Source: a virus
Lineage: Duplodnaviria; Caudoviricetes
Direction: 5' to 3' (one strand)
DNA: 63,477 bases
IMG/VR virus record: IMGVR_UViG_3300009528_000014
Coordinates: 1-63,477 of that record
The notes below the pieces were generated by a model that saw nothing but the letters and a program-made list of their open reading frames with translations, was not told where the DNA came from and did not search any database. A program made the position numbers and the translations under genes. This document shows, piece after piece, positions 18,658-28,639 of the stretch (positions within the stretch are counted from its first letter, which is position 1; each line of letters opens with the position of its first letter).

Positions 18658-19878
18658 TTATTCTCCCTTCTGGAATATCCCTACATAGGTATCAAGCTCG
18701 CCTTTTCTTTCGTAATGTTCGACTTGGTCATGCAGTAACTTCAAGCCCAGTAGCTTTGCACTTTCGTGAAAAAAATCCTGATTGATGGCTATCTTGTGAC
18801 CTTTCCAGATCTGGTCGGGCTTCCTGATCTCCACATTTATAAACAGCTTGCCCCCGGGCTTGAGTATCCTAACCATTTCCTTCATGCACTGATTGGCATC
18901 CCGGGTGTGGTCAAGGACGTTCATGGTACATACGACATCCGCATAATTAGGGGGCAGGGGTATGTTCTCCCCGGGAGCATTAATCGAAATATAGTTTGGA
19001 TTCTCATCTATCCATCCCATCTCGATATATTTGTTGGACAACGAGTCGACCGCAATGCCTATCCTGCAGGTAAGCCCCCTGATTATTCCCCCCAGTGGGC
19101 CTGAGCCGACATCAACAACGATTTTGTCCTTGCAGGAATCCTCCAGTTCCTTCTTTATTTTTTCGTCCTTCGACATCTGGGGAACGCCTATCTGGGGTTT
19201 GCCGATTCTTTTCAGGACTTTCACCCACCAGCCATGCTCGAATTTTTGGCAGTTGTGCCACTCCTCTTCGGAAGTATCCATTATTAGATTGTCATTTTTT
19301 TTTACGCTCAATTTTCTGACAATACAACTGAAAAAGAAAGTGTTTTGCAGATAGTCTGCTCTTACTTTAATATCGCTGGGATCCTCTGTTAATACACAGA
19401 GAGTTTTTGCAAGACCTTCTTTTGAATAACAACAAGGATGCTCATTGCTCTGAAACTGATTTTCGGAATTATTCATGTGCGGGGTTGAGCCCACAAAATA
19501 CCCCCCATCCTTTATTATCCTTCTGACCTCCTTTAAAAAGAGGATTCCCTCATCCTCGTTGATATGCTCCAGCCCTTCAAAGCAGAGTATAACATCAAAG
19601 GTGTTATCTTTGAACGGTAAGCGTTTCCTCATGTCCCCCTCAACTATGTCAAGATTATATTTCTCTTTAGCGTATGTTCTGAGCTCGGCATCCATCTCCA
19701 TGCCTGTGACATTATAAGAAAAGTGTTTGCAGAGCATTATCCCCAGACCACTGCCACAGGGCACGTCCAGAACCGCATTATTTTTGATATAGTCGAAAGC
19801 ATACATATACCGGTTAAGAAAGTTTTTTAATGCTCTCTTGGTATTCTCGTTGTAAACATCCAGGCAGATTGCTTTCAT
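18658..19878 (-). CDS. Tandem class I SAM-dependent methyltransferase
   Basis: VLDVPCGSG...FEGLEH and VVDVGSGP...NVLDH...RILKPGG. Confidence 0.9.
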   Translation of the reverse strand: MKAICLDVYNENTKRALKNFLNRYMYAFDYIKNNAVLDVPCGSGLGIMLCKHFSYNVTGMEMDAELRTYAKEKYNLDIVEGDMRKRLPFKDNTFDVILCFEGLEHINEDEGILFLKEVRRIIKDGGYFVGSTPHMNNSENQFQSNEHPCCYSKEGLAKTLCVLTEDPSDIKVRADYLQNTFFFSCIVRKLSVKKNDNLIMDTSEEEWHNCQKFEHGWWVKVLKRIGKPQIGVPQMSKDEKIKKELEDSCKDKIVVDVGSGPLGGIIRGLTCRIGIAVDSLSNKYIEMGWIDENPNYISINAPGENIPLPPNYADVVCTMNVLDHTRDANQCMKEMVRILKPGGKLFINVEIRKPDQIWKGHKIAINQDFFHESAKLLGLKLLHDQVEHYERKGELDTYVGIFQKGE

Positions 19879-21287
19879 GGGGAAAATCTCCTTCTTACCT
19901 CATTCTGATGTTCATTCGCAAGTTTTGACCCGAAGCTCGTATTCGACGCATGTTGCCTGTACTTCAGTATGGGCTTATTTATAAACTTAAATTTCTTTCC
20001 GGCTCTATGTGCCCGCAGATACCACTCATAATCAAGGACTCGCTCAACGGAAGGATCGTATTTCCCCACTTCAATGAAACACTGCCGGCTCGTGAGTGAG
20101 CAGTCCTGGGCTATATAATTCCCCTCTTTTATCATAGCATCGAAATCAAACGGCTTGCCGAGCGTCTTGCCTTTTGTGGTTAGATCCTCATCATACACTT
20201 CTACGGTACCGTGGACTATGTCCGAGCCATCAATATTTTCAATCCTCGTCTTGAGTGAGTCAGTATACATCACATCGTCACTTGAAAAGGTGCAAATATA
20301 TTCCCCCTCAGCTTTATCGAGAAGGAAGTTGACGGTCTTTCCGAACCCTTGATGGCTCAGGTCGAAGATTTTTATCCGTCTGCTCTTCCCATATTTTTCC
20401 AGTATCCTGGAGGTTTCATCCGTGCTTCCGTCATTACCGATGAGGAGCTCCCAGTTTTTGAACGACTGTGCTTTTACGCTCCTGATGGCCTCTTCGATAA
20501 ACCCGGACTGATTGTAAGTTGCCATGATTACAGAGATGATGGGCTTAACCTCATAAAGATTTATGAGCATGTCGTTCTTTTTCAAAGACATTCCCCATTT
20601 TTCTTTGAACAACTTATCGCCGTATGAGATGTCAGTATTTTCCCACCCCTTTGCTTTTAGGTGGATTAGCTTCACATCCGCCACGGCAATGTCATATCCT
20701 GCCCTCACAAGCCGGAGGTTATAGTCCACATCCTCACCCCCGTAGGTTGTGAAGTCCTCGTCCAGTTCGCCTATCTCATCGTATACACTCCGCCTGAGCA
20801 TAAGGCAAATCATATTAAGGGGTGTACCTATTTTGATAAAATCAAAGTCCTTAACAAAACTGGACTCTTGCATTTCAGGATTCCCCGAAGCACCATCGTT
20901 TACATAAGGGCTTACGGCGCCGATCCGTTGCTCATCCAGTACCCCCCTCATCTTCTCAAGCCATCCGTCCTCGCAGACAAGTGTGTCATTATTCATAATT
21001 AGCAGGTAATCTCCAGAGGCAGACCTTATGCCCTTGTTTATCGCCTTGGCAAAGTTAAATCTCCCCCCTCCATAATCGATTACGGTACTCCGTTCCGAAA
21101 GCCACTCCCTCGCCTCGGGGATAACCTTATCGGCTATGATGATTAATTCATAATCCTTTGAGTTCCGTTCTATGCTCTCGATGCAGTCTTTTGTGAAATG
21201 AAACTGTGTCTTGAGAGTCCATCTACTGCCGTCATAGACATTCATCTTCCCTGTTTTTATAATGACCGGCATTATAATACTGACCAT
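19875..21287 (-). CDS. Tandem GT2 glycosyltransferase
   Basis: VSIIMPV...MNNDT...GEDVD and ISVIMATYN...NDGSTD...SSDD. Confidence 0.92.
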   Translation of the reverse strand: MVSIIMPVIIKTGKMNVYDGSRWTLKTQFHFTKDCIESIERNSKDYELIIIADKVIPEAREWLSERSTVIDYGGGRFNFAKAINKGIRSASGDYLLIMNNDTLVCEDGWLEKMRGVLDEQRIGAVSPYVNDGASGNPEMQESSFVKDFDFIKIGTPLNMICLMLRRSVYDEIGELDEDFTTYGGEDVDYNLRLVRAGYDIAVADVKLIHLKAKGWENTDISYGDKLFKEKWGMSLKKNDMLINLYEVKPIISVIMATYNQSGFIEEAIRSVKAQSFKNWELLIGNDGSTDETSRILEKYGKSRRIKIFDLSHQGFGKTVNFLLDKAEGEYICTFSSDDVMYTDSLKTRIENIDGSDIVHGTVEVYDEDLTTKGKTLGKPFDFDAMIKEGNYIAQDCSLTSRQCFIEVGKYDPSVERVLDYEWYLRAHRAGKKFKFINKPILKYRQHASNTSFGSKLANEHQNEVRRRFSP

Positions 21288-21298
21288 TCCCTCTCCTG

Positions 21299-22366
21299 TT
21301 ACAGAAAATTTACATGTTCCTTCTTCTGCTTAATGTTCCAGAGAATCACGTTGAACGTATCGCACCTGCAAAGTGACGGGCAGTCCCTGAAGTCGATGGC
21401 CTCGTACACCTTTCTACGTTGACCGGACTCCCATATTTCTTTAAGTGAGTTCTTACTCAGGTCGCCGAGGCAGTACTTCCCCACCCCCCTCATGTGGCAG
21501 CATAGGTACATTTTTCCATCGGCACATATCGTGGTGGCAAAGTGATGCCCGTAACACTTCCCGTAGGGTCTTTTGACTGTATCGTTTTTTATATTATCGT
21601 ATTTATGCTGGGAGTACAGTACCTTAAAGTCCCCCTCGCTGTATTCCTGGCAAAGGCGTTCTATAAACTGAACGGACTCCCCAGTATCGTGCTCAATGTC
21701 CTTAACATCAAATGACGGTAGGTAAGGTCTGAACTGAACATAATCAACCCCGAGGTTCTTACCCATAATCACGAAACGCCGCATGTCCTCAAAGTCAGAT
21801 GGGGTCAGGTACCCGAGCCCCACGGTCGTTCGGAAGCCCGTTAATTTTTTCATCTTTACGAGGTACTTTATATTCTCGACCGTCCTCCTGAAATCCAGCT
21901 CGCCCATCCCGTGGCTCTTGAGATAGCCTTTCGGCGATCCGGCATCGAGGCTGACCCTGACCCACAGGACACTGCCCATTACGGCGACGGCAATCCGTTC
22001 ATTCATAATACTGCCGTTTGTTATCACTCCGACATCAAGCCCCAGAGCACTGGCGTACTCTATAAGCTCCGGGGTGTACTTGCAGCAGAACGACTCCCCG
22101 CCCCCGGTGAAAGTAACTGCCTTCCCACCACAGTCCTTTATCTGTTCAAGGATTGAAATTGTCTGCTCATGCGACAGGGTTACCTTGCTTTTTTCTTTGA
22201 AGCCAAAACACATGGGACACTTGTGATTACAAATATTAGTCATGTCCAGTTCATAAGTGATGGGCTTTGTTATACCATCCCTGACCCATTCGCTTATCCT
22301 GTCGGTATGTGCGAGTATTTTATCCGAGCTGAACTGTTTCACGTGAAACATATTACATCCTCTCAA
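21299..22366 (-). CDS. Radical SAM protein with SPASM/twitch domain
   Basis: CNHKCPMC, FTGGGE, C-terminal KC...ADGKMYLCC...LGDL...C. Confidence 0.92.
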   Translation of the reverse strand: MRGCNMFHVKQFSSDKILAHTDRISEWVRDGITKPITYELDMTNICNHKCPMCFGFKEKSKVTLSHEQTISILEQIKDCGGKAVTFTGGGESFCCKYTPELIEYASALGLDVGVITNGSIMNERIAVAVMGSVLWVRVSLDAGSPKGYLKSHGMGELDFRRTVENIKYLVKMKKLTGFRTTVGLGYLTPSDFEDMRRFVIMGKNLGVDYVQFRPYLPSFDVKDIEHDTGESVQFIERLCQEYSEGDFKVLYSQHKYDNIKNDTVKRPYGKCYGHHFATTICADGKMYLCCHMRGVGKYCLGDLSKNSLKEIWESGQRRKVYEAIDFRDCPSLCRCDTFNVILWNIKQKKEHVNFL

Positions 22367-23186
22367 TTTTCCATTTCTTTTTCAATGCTTCGTCTGACGA
22401 GGTGATGTTTGACATATCGCGCCTTACCCTTCCGTATTCTGTTGTCTGGTCAAACGAGGGAAAATGAAACATAACAGCAAGTGGGCAATACTTAATCCTA
22501 TAACCCTGCTTCCTTGCCGAAAGCATAATATCCCAGTCCTCGTGGTGGTAGAAGTTCGAGTCAAATCCTATATCTTCTAATAGTTTCTTCCTGTAAATCG
22601 TCGCCCCACCAGGAGCGATGTCTATTTTGTCCGGGGACATATATCCCCTTGAGTCCGGGATCTTCAATTTGTCGTTGGAATAGTCTATCCTCAATCTGTT
22701 TTTTATTAAAACAATTTTCCTGCCTCTTGTTATCACATGGTCTTTTTCCATAATCTTGGAAAAGACCACGCCCAGCTTTTCATCTGAACTAATTTCATTA
22801 TAAAGACTCGTAAGGAAGTTTTTCGATACCGTGCAGTCATTGTCAAGAAATAATACATACTCCCCTGCGGAGCTTTCAGTAAGCACGTTCCTTCCCCTCC
22901 CCACGCCTAAATTCGCGGGGCAGAATATAAGGCTGATAATGTCGTTCCCATCCGCCAATTTTATAAGCTCACTCCTTGTCGCCTCATCCGAATTGTTGTC
23001 AAGGACGACTATCTCAAAATCGCAGGGCTTGAAAGCCCGCATTAATGATCGGATACATTTCTTTGTTTCCTCAACCCTGAAAAATGAGAGTATCCCTATC
23101 GAAAGAATGGGATTAAATTTCCTTTTTCTCTTATACCTCTTGCCTATGAGCTCTGTTTTTATAATATATTTCTTTGCCTCAATCAT
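22353..23186 (-). CDS. GT2 glycosyltransferase
   Basis: VLDNNSD, FLDND, HEDWD. Confidence 0.9.
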   Translation of the reverse strand: MIEAKKYIIKTELIGKRYKRKRKFNPILSIGILSFFRVEETKKCIRSLMRAFKPCDFEIVVLDNNSDEATRSELIKLADGNDIISLIFCPANLGVGRGRNVLTESSAGEYVLFLDNDCTVSKNFLTSLYNEISSDEKLGVVFSKIMEKDHVITRGRKIVLIKNRLRIDYSNDKLKIPDSRGYMSPDKIDIAPGGATIYRKKLLEDIGFDSNFYHHEDWDIMLSARKQGYRIKYCPLAVMFHFPSFDQTTEYGRVRRDMSNITSSDEALKKKWKIERM

Positions 23187-23881
23187 AACCCCAAGTCCTC
23201 AATTATTTTATTGGCGCATTTCTTTTGTGCTTTGAGATTTGCAATGCTAATTTGTTTCTCATGCACCCGCCAGTAATAAAGGATTTCACCGACTGATTTG
23301 ATTTTCCATCCCGCTTTTCTTGCCCTCGCCCATAAGTCAAAGTCTTGGGCGTAGTAACAATTTTCATTATATCCATCGAGCTCCTCTATAACTTCCCATC
23401 GTATCAGTGGGCTCCCGCCTGCGAATACACCCGCAAGTTTTCTATCTGGAATGGACTCGGGATTATTACAGGACTGGCTTATCTCATTCCCTTCTTCATT
23501 TATAAGCATATACCAGCAGCCGACTACTCCGTTAAGATTTACGGACTCAACCATCCTGAGTTGCTTTTCTATCTTGAAAGGATGGGCGATGTCGTCCGCG
23601 TCCTGCCGGATAATATTCTCGCCCTCGCAATGATTGAGCCCGTAGTTCAGAGCCCGCGTGAGCCCGATATTCTTCGTGGTATGGACGAGCTTTATTCTGG
23701 GGTCTTGTTCGCTGTATTTTTTGATTACCTGAACTGAATTGTCCGTCGATTTGTCGTCAACTATCACGAACTCGAAGTCGCCGAAGGACTGGGTTAGAAT
23801 GGACTGGATGGCTATGTCGAGCCAGTAATTCCTGTCCCCGTTGTGAACGCACATGAGAACGCTTATTTTTGGACGTTTCAT
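23183..23881 (-). CDS. GT2 glycosyltransferase
   Basis: ISVLMCVHN, VDDKSTD, QDADD, AQDFDLW. Confidence 0.92.
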   Translation of the reverse strand: MKRPKISVLMCVHNGDRNYWLDIAIQSILTQSFGDFEFVIVDDKSTDNSVQVIKKYSEQDPRIKLVHTTKNIGLTRALNYGLNHCEGENIIRQDADDIAHPFKIEKQLRMVESVNLNGVVGCWYMLINEEGNEISQSCNNPESIPDRKLAGVFAGGSPLIRWEVIEELDGYNENCYYAQDFDLWARARKAGWKIKSVGEILYYWRVHEKQISIANLKAQKKCANKIIEDLGL

Positions 23882-23898
23882 TTATTCTCTGGGATTTT

Positions 23899-24204
23899 TT
23901 ATCCCAAAAACTCTTTTCTGATTATGATTACTGCTATTCCCAGAATTGCTACTAAAACGAACCAGATGATTTTTCGATTTATACCGCAGAACTCTTTTAA
24001 CCGCTGAACGCAGGCAACCAGTCCGCCTTTCGCACCCGTTCCCTGTAATACTTTTTCGTGGTTAGAAACCGTTTTCCAGTATTGTTTTGAAATTTCGTCG
24101 TGATGTTTTTTAAAATCAGTAAACGATTTATTCTGATGTTCGTTCTCTGATTTTATAAGGTTTTTAATACCAGTAAACGCGTCCTTTAATTCCTTTTCCA
24201 TCAT
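23899..24204 (-). CDS. Coiled-coil protein with C-terminal TM helix (holin/XhlA-like); likely start 24204
   Basis: ATGA overlap with the upstream stop; IIWFVLVAILGIAVIII. Confidence 0.5.
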   Translation of the reverse strand: MMEKELKDAFTGIKNLIKSENEHQNKSFTDFKKHHDEISKQYWKTVSNHEKVLQGTGAKGGLVACVQRLKEFCGINRKIIWFVLVAILGIAVIIIRKEFLG

Positions 24205-24701
24205 TTCTTCCTCTTTTTCTTTAAGTAAGCACGCCTTGCAATCCAGGCGGTACCCAATCCTATTAAAATAATGTTCCACGGGAAAGGCACGAACATAATG
24301 ATAGCGATTACTGCTGTTATAAGTAAGAGTACTCCAGGCAGAGCGAATCCACCTTCGCCCATCCCCATTCCTGTGGATTTATCTACTTCGTATCTCGGAT
24401 ATATTATTGTCTTACACTTATTACTTCCTGACTTTATTCTTTTTATCTCTTCAATAAGACTTACCTTTTGATTAAGAAAAGGTTGCCCTATTTCCTCGTT
24501 GGGATTTTTTGCAAGTTCCTTGTTTAACTCGCTTATCTTTTCTGTCCTGCTAAAATCCTTTATTCTGTCTTTGACTTCGTTTATGTATATTTGCGTAGTT
24601 GTTGGCTCTATTAATACAGGTTCAGTTACTGTTCCTGTTGAACTATCTTGTGCTTGAATTGTGCCTGCAAACAATAATATGATTAATATTTTAATTAACA
24701 T
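24201..24701 (-). CDS. Signal-peptide protein with C-terminal TM segments
   Basis: MLIKILIILLFAGTIQA-QD; hydrophobic C-terminus. Confidence 0.6.
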   Translation of the reverse strand: MLIKILIILLFAGTIQAQDSSTGTVTEPVLIEPTTTQIYINEVKDRIKDFSRTEKISELNKELAKNPNEEIGQPFLNQKVSLIEEIKRIKSGSNKCKTIIYPRYEVDKSTGMGMGEGGFALPGVLLLITAVIAIIMFVPFPWNIILIGLGTAWIARRAYLKKKRKK

Positions 24702-25437
24702 GAACCTTTTGTCCTTTTGTATAAATTTCTTTTATTTCAGCGGCTGATAAACATCTATCTATATAAAATATTTCATCTAATTGTCCAATAAGACCATAGG
24801 GTGAAGCATGAACCAACCCGCTTATATGTAAATCTACATCAGTATTAGTTCTTGTTCCTGCTTCAGCGTCACTACCAATACTACTACCATCAACATAAAC
24901 CGTTGTGATAGGGGTTGAGGCATTAAAAGTCCCTACCACATAATGCCAAGTATTTGCCGAAAAATCACCATTAAGATATATGCCTGTAAAACCACCCGCA
25001 AAAGAACCATAAATTCTCCAGAGAACATTGCCCGTACTATAAATCGCAAGAACCCAATTGTAAGCACCTACATCACTTATTTTAAGAAATATGAAACTAT
25101 TAGCGGCTGGTGGCGAAACATCCAAATTTACCCAATAACCAACTGAAAAATCTGTTGTGGTATTGAAATCTGCATGTTTAGTTATTTCTGACATATCACC
25201 GCTATCATAATCTGCCATTCCTCCGAATTTCCCACCACTCACCAATGTTACACTGCCTGCTTCTTCAACTGCGGTATGTCCATGTCCAGAATCATCTGCC
25301 ATGCTATCTCCTGTTTCTTCATTACAATGTAATAATATCTTCAAATCAGGGTCATCTCCTAACTGAAATACAGTTACTTTTTCAGTAGCATTTACTGTTG
25401 AGCATACAAACAATAATGTAATTAAAATTATTTTCAT
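24691..25437 (-). CDS. LamG/concanavalin-A-like domain protein with signal peptide
   Basis: FSVGYWV...NTWHYVVGTF...VYVDG...GQLDEI...LSAAEIKEIY. Confidence 0.88.
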   Translation of the reverse strand: MKIILITLLFVCSTVNATEKVTVFQLGDDPDLKILLHCNEETGDSMADDSGHGHTAVEEAGSVTLVSGGKFGGMADYDSGDMSEITKHADFNTTTDFSVGYWVNLDVSPPAANSFIFLKISDVGAYNWVLAIYSTGNVLWRIYGSFAGGFTGIYLNGDFSANTWHYVVGTFNASTPITTVYVDGSSIGSDAEAGTRTNTDVDLHISGLVHASPYGLIGQLDEIFYIDRCLSAAEIKEIYTKGQKVHVN

Positions 25438-26627
25438 CTTTCATATCCTTGTATAGAAATATGAACATCATTGCCAGGATAACCAACAGTTGTTCCATGA
25501 CTTGATATTCCTATTTGCCACCTTTCGCCTTTATCCCACGTTGTAGAACTTAAATTAACCGCCAAATCAATTACTGTTCCTGTGCTTCCTGCTGTTAATG
25601 TAAATAAACTATTCCCATCTTCATCTAAATAACTCCAAGAAGGAGGGCTATCTAATGCTCCTTTATAACCATTCCAGTGTATTTCTATGTCCTCTCCTTC
25701 TGCCGGTGTGCTACACCATATAGTCATACTTGTCAATTCTAAATCATAAGGTATAACAAAACTCCCATCCCAATAATAATCTGTTGAAATAAATACATGA
25801 CCTGAACCGTTGAATGTAAACGTATGAGTTGATTTTGGGATGGTTATTGTTATTCCTGTCAAATTACTTCCATCCCCGTAATGCGTGGCTGTTATTGATG
25901 TTGCTGTTGCGTCTATGCAGGTGAAATCATTTTTAACTATCAAGTCATTTCCTAAATTCCAATTTCCTGTTGCGTGTGTATATGTGGATTTCTTTGTACC
26001 GTAACCAAAATAAATATAATCCATATAAAAATGGTCGGCTATTTCTGCATGACCATTTGTTCCAGATGACCACCCTTCTATCAGGTGCGTGCCACTTACA
26101 TCTAACTGAACCCAATTCGCCTGTCCAAAATCAAGTTTATGTCCACCGTCTACACTACTTAATATTTCATCTCCAATAGTAACATCATTTGTAGCAGTTA
26201 CGTTAGTTCCATAAATTTCATCTCCGAAATGATAATCTGAATATATGTAAGTTCCTGTTATACTTGTAGCCGTGCTATCTCCGTGAGTATAACTATCCCC
26301 GTGATTAATAAGACCACCAACGGTATAAGTATCGGTATGCACTATTTGATTGTTTCCTACCGCACCTATGGCGATTGTACTTACTATCACAGATGTCATT
26401 ACTCCATCAGGAAAAACAAGATAGATTAATTCAAGTGTTCCCGTGCTTAATATCCTGACCTTTGTATCAGCCGTCCCAGTGCTTATCCCTATCCTCATGT
26501 CGCCCCGCAACCGCCAGTCCGCTTTTTCAGTTGTTGTGCTTCTTGTAAAATCATAATATTTACCCGCCTCTGCAAGTGAAATAAAAGCAAGTAAAATTAT
26601 CAAAACCATAATTAATTTTTTATACAT
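25434..26627 (-). CDS. Tail-fibre-like beta-rich protein with signal peptide (likely start 26627)
   Basis: SD AAGGAG before MYKKLIMVLIILLAFISLAEA; fibre motif HYGDGSNLTG; Thr/Ser-rich. Confidence 0.65.
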   Translation of the reverse strand: MYKKLIMVLIILLAFISLAEAGKYYDFTRSTTTEKADWRLRGDMRIGISTGTADTKVRILSTGTLELIYLVFPDGVMTSVIVSTIAIGAVGNNQIVHTDTYTVGGLINHGDSYTHGDSTATSITGTYIYSDYHFGDEIYGTNVTATNDVTIGDEILSSVDGGHKLDFGQANWVQLDVSGTHLIEGWSSGTNGHAEIADHFYMDYIYFGYGTKKSTYTHATGNWNLGNDLIVKNDFTCIDATATSITATHYGDGSNLTGITITIPKSTHTFTFNGSGHVFISTDYYWDGSFVIPYDLELTSMTIWCSTPAEGEDIEIHWNGYKGALDSPPSWSYLDEDGNSLFTLTAGSTGTVIDLAVNLSSTTWDKGERWQIGISSHGTTVGYPGNDVHISIQGYER

Positions 26628-26638
26628 TTCATTCTCCT

Positions 26639-27322
26639 TTATGCTATCTGCCATCTACTGCCATCATATCTATATGCTTGTTTTTCAGCATAATTCCAAT
26701 ACACATCCCCGGACTCTGCGTGCCATGAGGGGTCAACTGAATCCACCCACGTCCGCCTTATGAGTTCACCCAGAGAAATGGGCATCGCAGTCCTCGGGGG
26801 CTCTGTCCCGGGAACGAGCACTGCCCCATCAAAGTAAAAATCCCCCGCCGTATCGGTGGGTCTCAACTCCGCACGAACCCTCGTAGCCGAGGCATCAATC
26901 GTTCTTGCGATATATAAAAATTCCCATGTATTTGTTGAGGTATTCGCGGATGAGTCCGTTGACCCCACTCCATCGGATATTCTTAAAACCACGTTCGTAT
27001 CGGGAGCGTAAACCCAGCATCCCAGGGCAACGCTCAACCCCTTGAAATCGGCAAAATTTATTATGTCCTGATAGGCATGGTGGGCTATATTAGACGGTGA
27101 CATCTTAAGCGAGTAATCCCCGAATTTCTTTTGAGTGCTACTCCTCGCATTGACCACCCCGGACTCCTGCCAGTAATCGCACTGCAAGTCACCGTGAGTC
27201 GTCCGCTTAAAATTACCGTTCGCCAATAGGTTAATAAAGGCATTGGATTTTACATTCGTGATCAAAGCATTAAAGTCATCTTTCGCTACGCTCTCATTCT
27301 CTGCTGTTGGGAATCCTGACAT
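26639..27322 (-). CDS. Tail protein with carbohydrate-binding-like domain
   Basis: INLLANGNF...W...FYFDGAVL pattern; tail-module position. Confidence 0.65.
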   Translation of the reverse strand: MSGFPTAENESVAKDDFNALITNVKSNAFINLLANGNFKRTTHGDLQCDYWQESGVVNARSSTQKKFGDYSLKMSPSNIAHHAYQDIINFADFKGLSVALGCWVYAPDTNVVLRISDGVGSTDSSANTSTNTWEFLYIARTIDASATRVRAELRPTDTAGDFYFDGAVLVPGTEPPRTAMPISLGELIRRTWVDSVDPSWHAESGDVYWNYAEKQAYRYDGSRWQIA

Positions 27323-27323
27323 T

Positions 27324-28627
27324 TTATTCTCCTTCTATTATCTTTTTTTCCTTCAGTATTTCTATCAGGGCATTTAACTTTTCTTTGTCAGTTTTATTTT
27401 CATTATTTATGATAGAGGTTTTTAGATTAATTCTATTCTTCTTTTCTTGTGCTTCAAGTTCTGACCTGCTTTTTCGTTCTTCTCTTGCTTTCTCATAATC
27501 TGATATTTCTTTATCTGACCTTTTGACTATTTTCTTTTTATTAAAATCATATACATAGTGTTGCATGGGTCTTAATTCTCGTTCATCATATACAATCAAT
27601 CTTCCATTAAATTTATTGTTTTTATCTACTGGCAGAGTCCCCGAACTATTGCCAATCACGCTTCCATCATTTGGTTCAATTTCATAATAATTATATGTTT
27701 TCATAAGTTCTCCTTTATGATACATAATATACTACTGCCCATAGTGTAGAAGAAAAAGTTTTTATACTATCGCCATAGTTAAATTGAAGAACATCCCCAG
27801 CATCTTGTTTTATTGCGACAACATTATCTGAATTATCAGGATAAGCTCCTCCTCCACTTTCAAATACTCCCGAGAAATACGCACCTGCTGCTATGTATCT
27901 GATTTTATTAGCGGCTATGGTAGAGGTCATTTGTTTGAAATTATTTCCGCTGTCGACCGCAACAGTATATAGTTTCCATTTCAATCTACTATCAGTATCT
28001 TTACCATTATTTGCTTCGTTTCCGGGGAAAAATTCTCCGTTTTTACTAAGTCCACCAAATATGACTCCATCAACTCCAAATCCCAACTCTCCATTAGCTT
28101 TCATTCCAATATAAGTATCATTTGCAGTGGTTGCATAAAACCTTATTCTTTCATGCCCCGTATCATCTTTTATACCTTTACCCGTTTCATCTTGTAGAGT
28201 TAAATAATCATTTAAAACAATCCGATTAAATGTAAAGTTTTTTGCTATCAAACCTGCATCGGTTTCATCAATCGCGGCTCCTAATATTCGTGGTGCTCCA
28301 CCTGCCCCTTCCGCCAGAGCTTTTAGATTCGCACCAAGTTGTGATATTTTAGTTGAGGTTAATAAACTATTAGCCGCGTAAGTTAGGGCTGCTTCAGTCC
28401 AAGTCGCCATTTCAATCCACCTCTTTCTTTCTTCCCAGAATAAAATCACTTATTGTTTTGGTACATTCAGGACATAACAAAGCATATTTACCGTTTTCAT
28501 CCTGTATCCATAATATATGTTGCCAACCTATCGCACCATCACCGTAGATGTGTTCTGTATGAGTATTATTACATCCTTTCCTGTCGCATTTCACAGTCCG
28601 TGGTTTCTTTATTTCCTTGAACGGCAT
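27324..28627 (-). CDS. Minor tail/fibre-associated proteins (27324-27725, 27715-28449) and a small CxxxxC..CxxC protein (28412-28627)
   Basis: Synteny and composition. Confidence 0.5.
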
Positions 28628-28639
28628 CTTTACCTCCTC

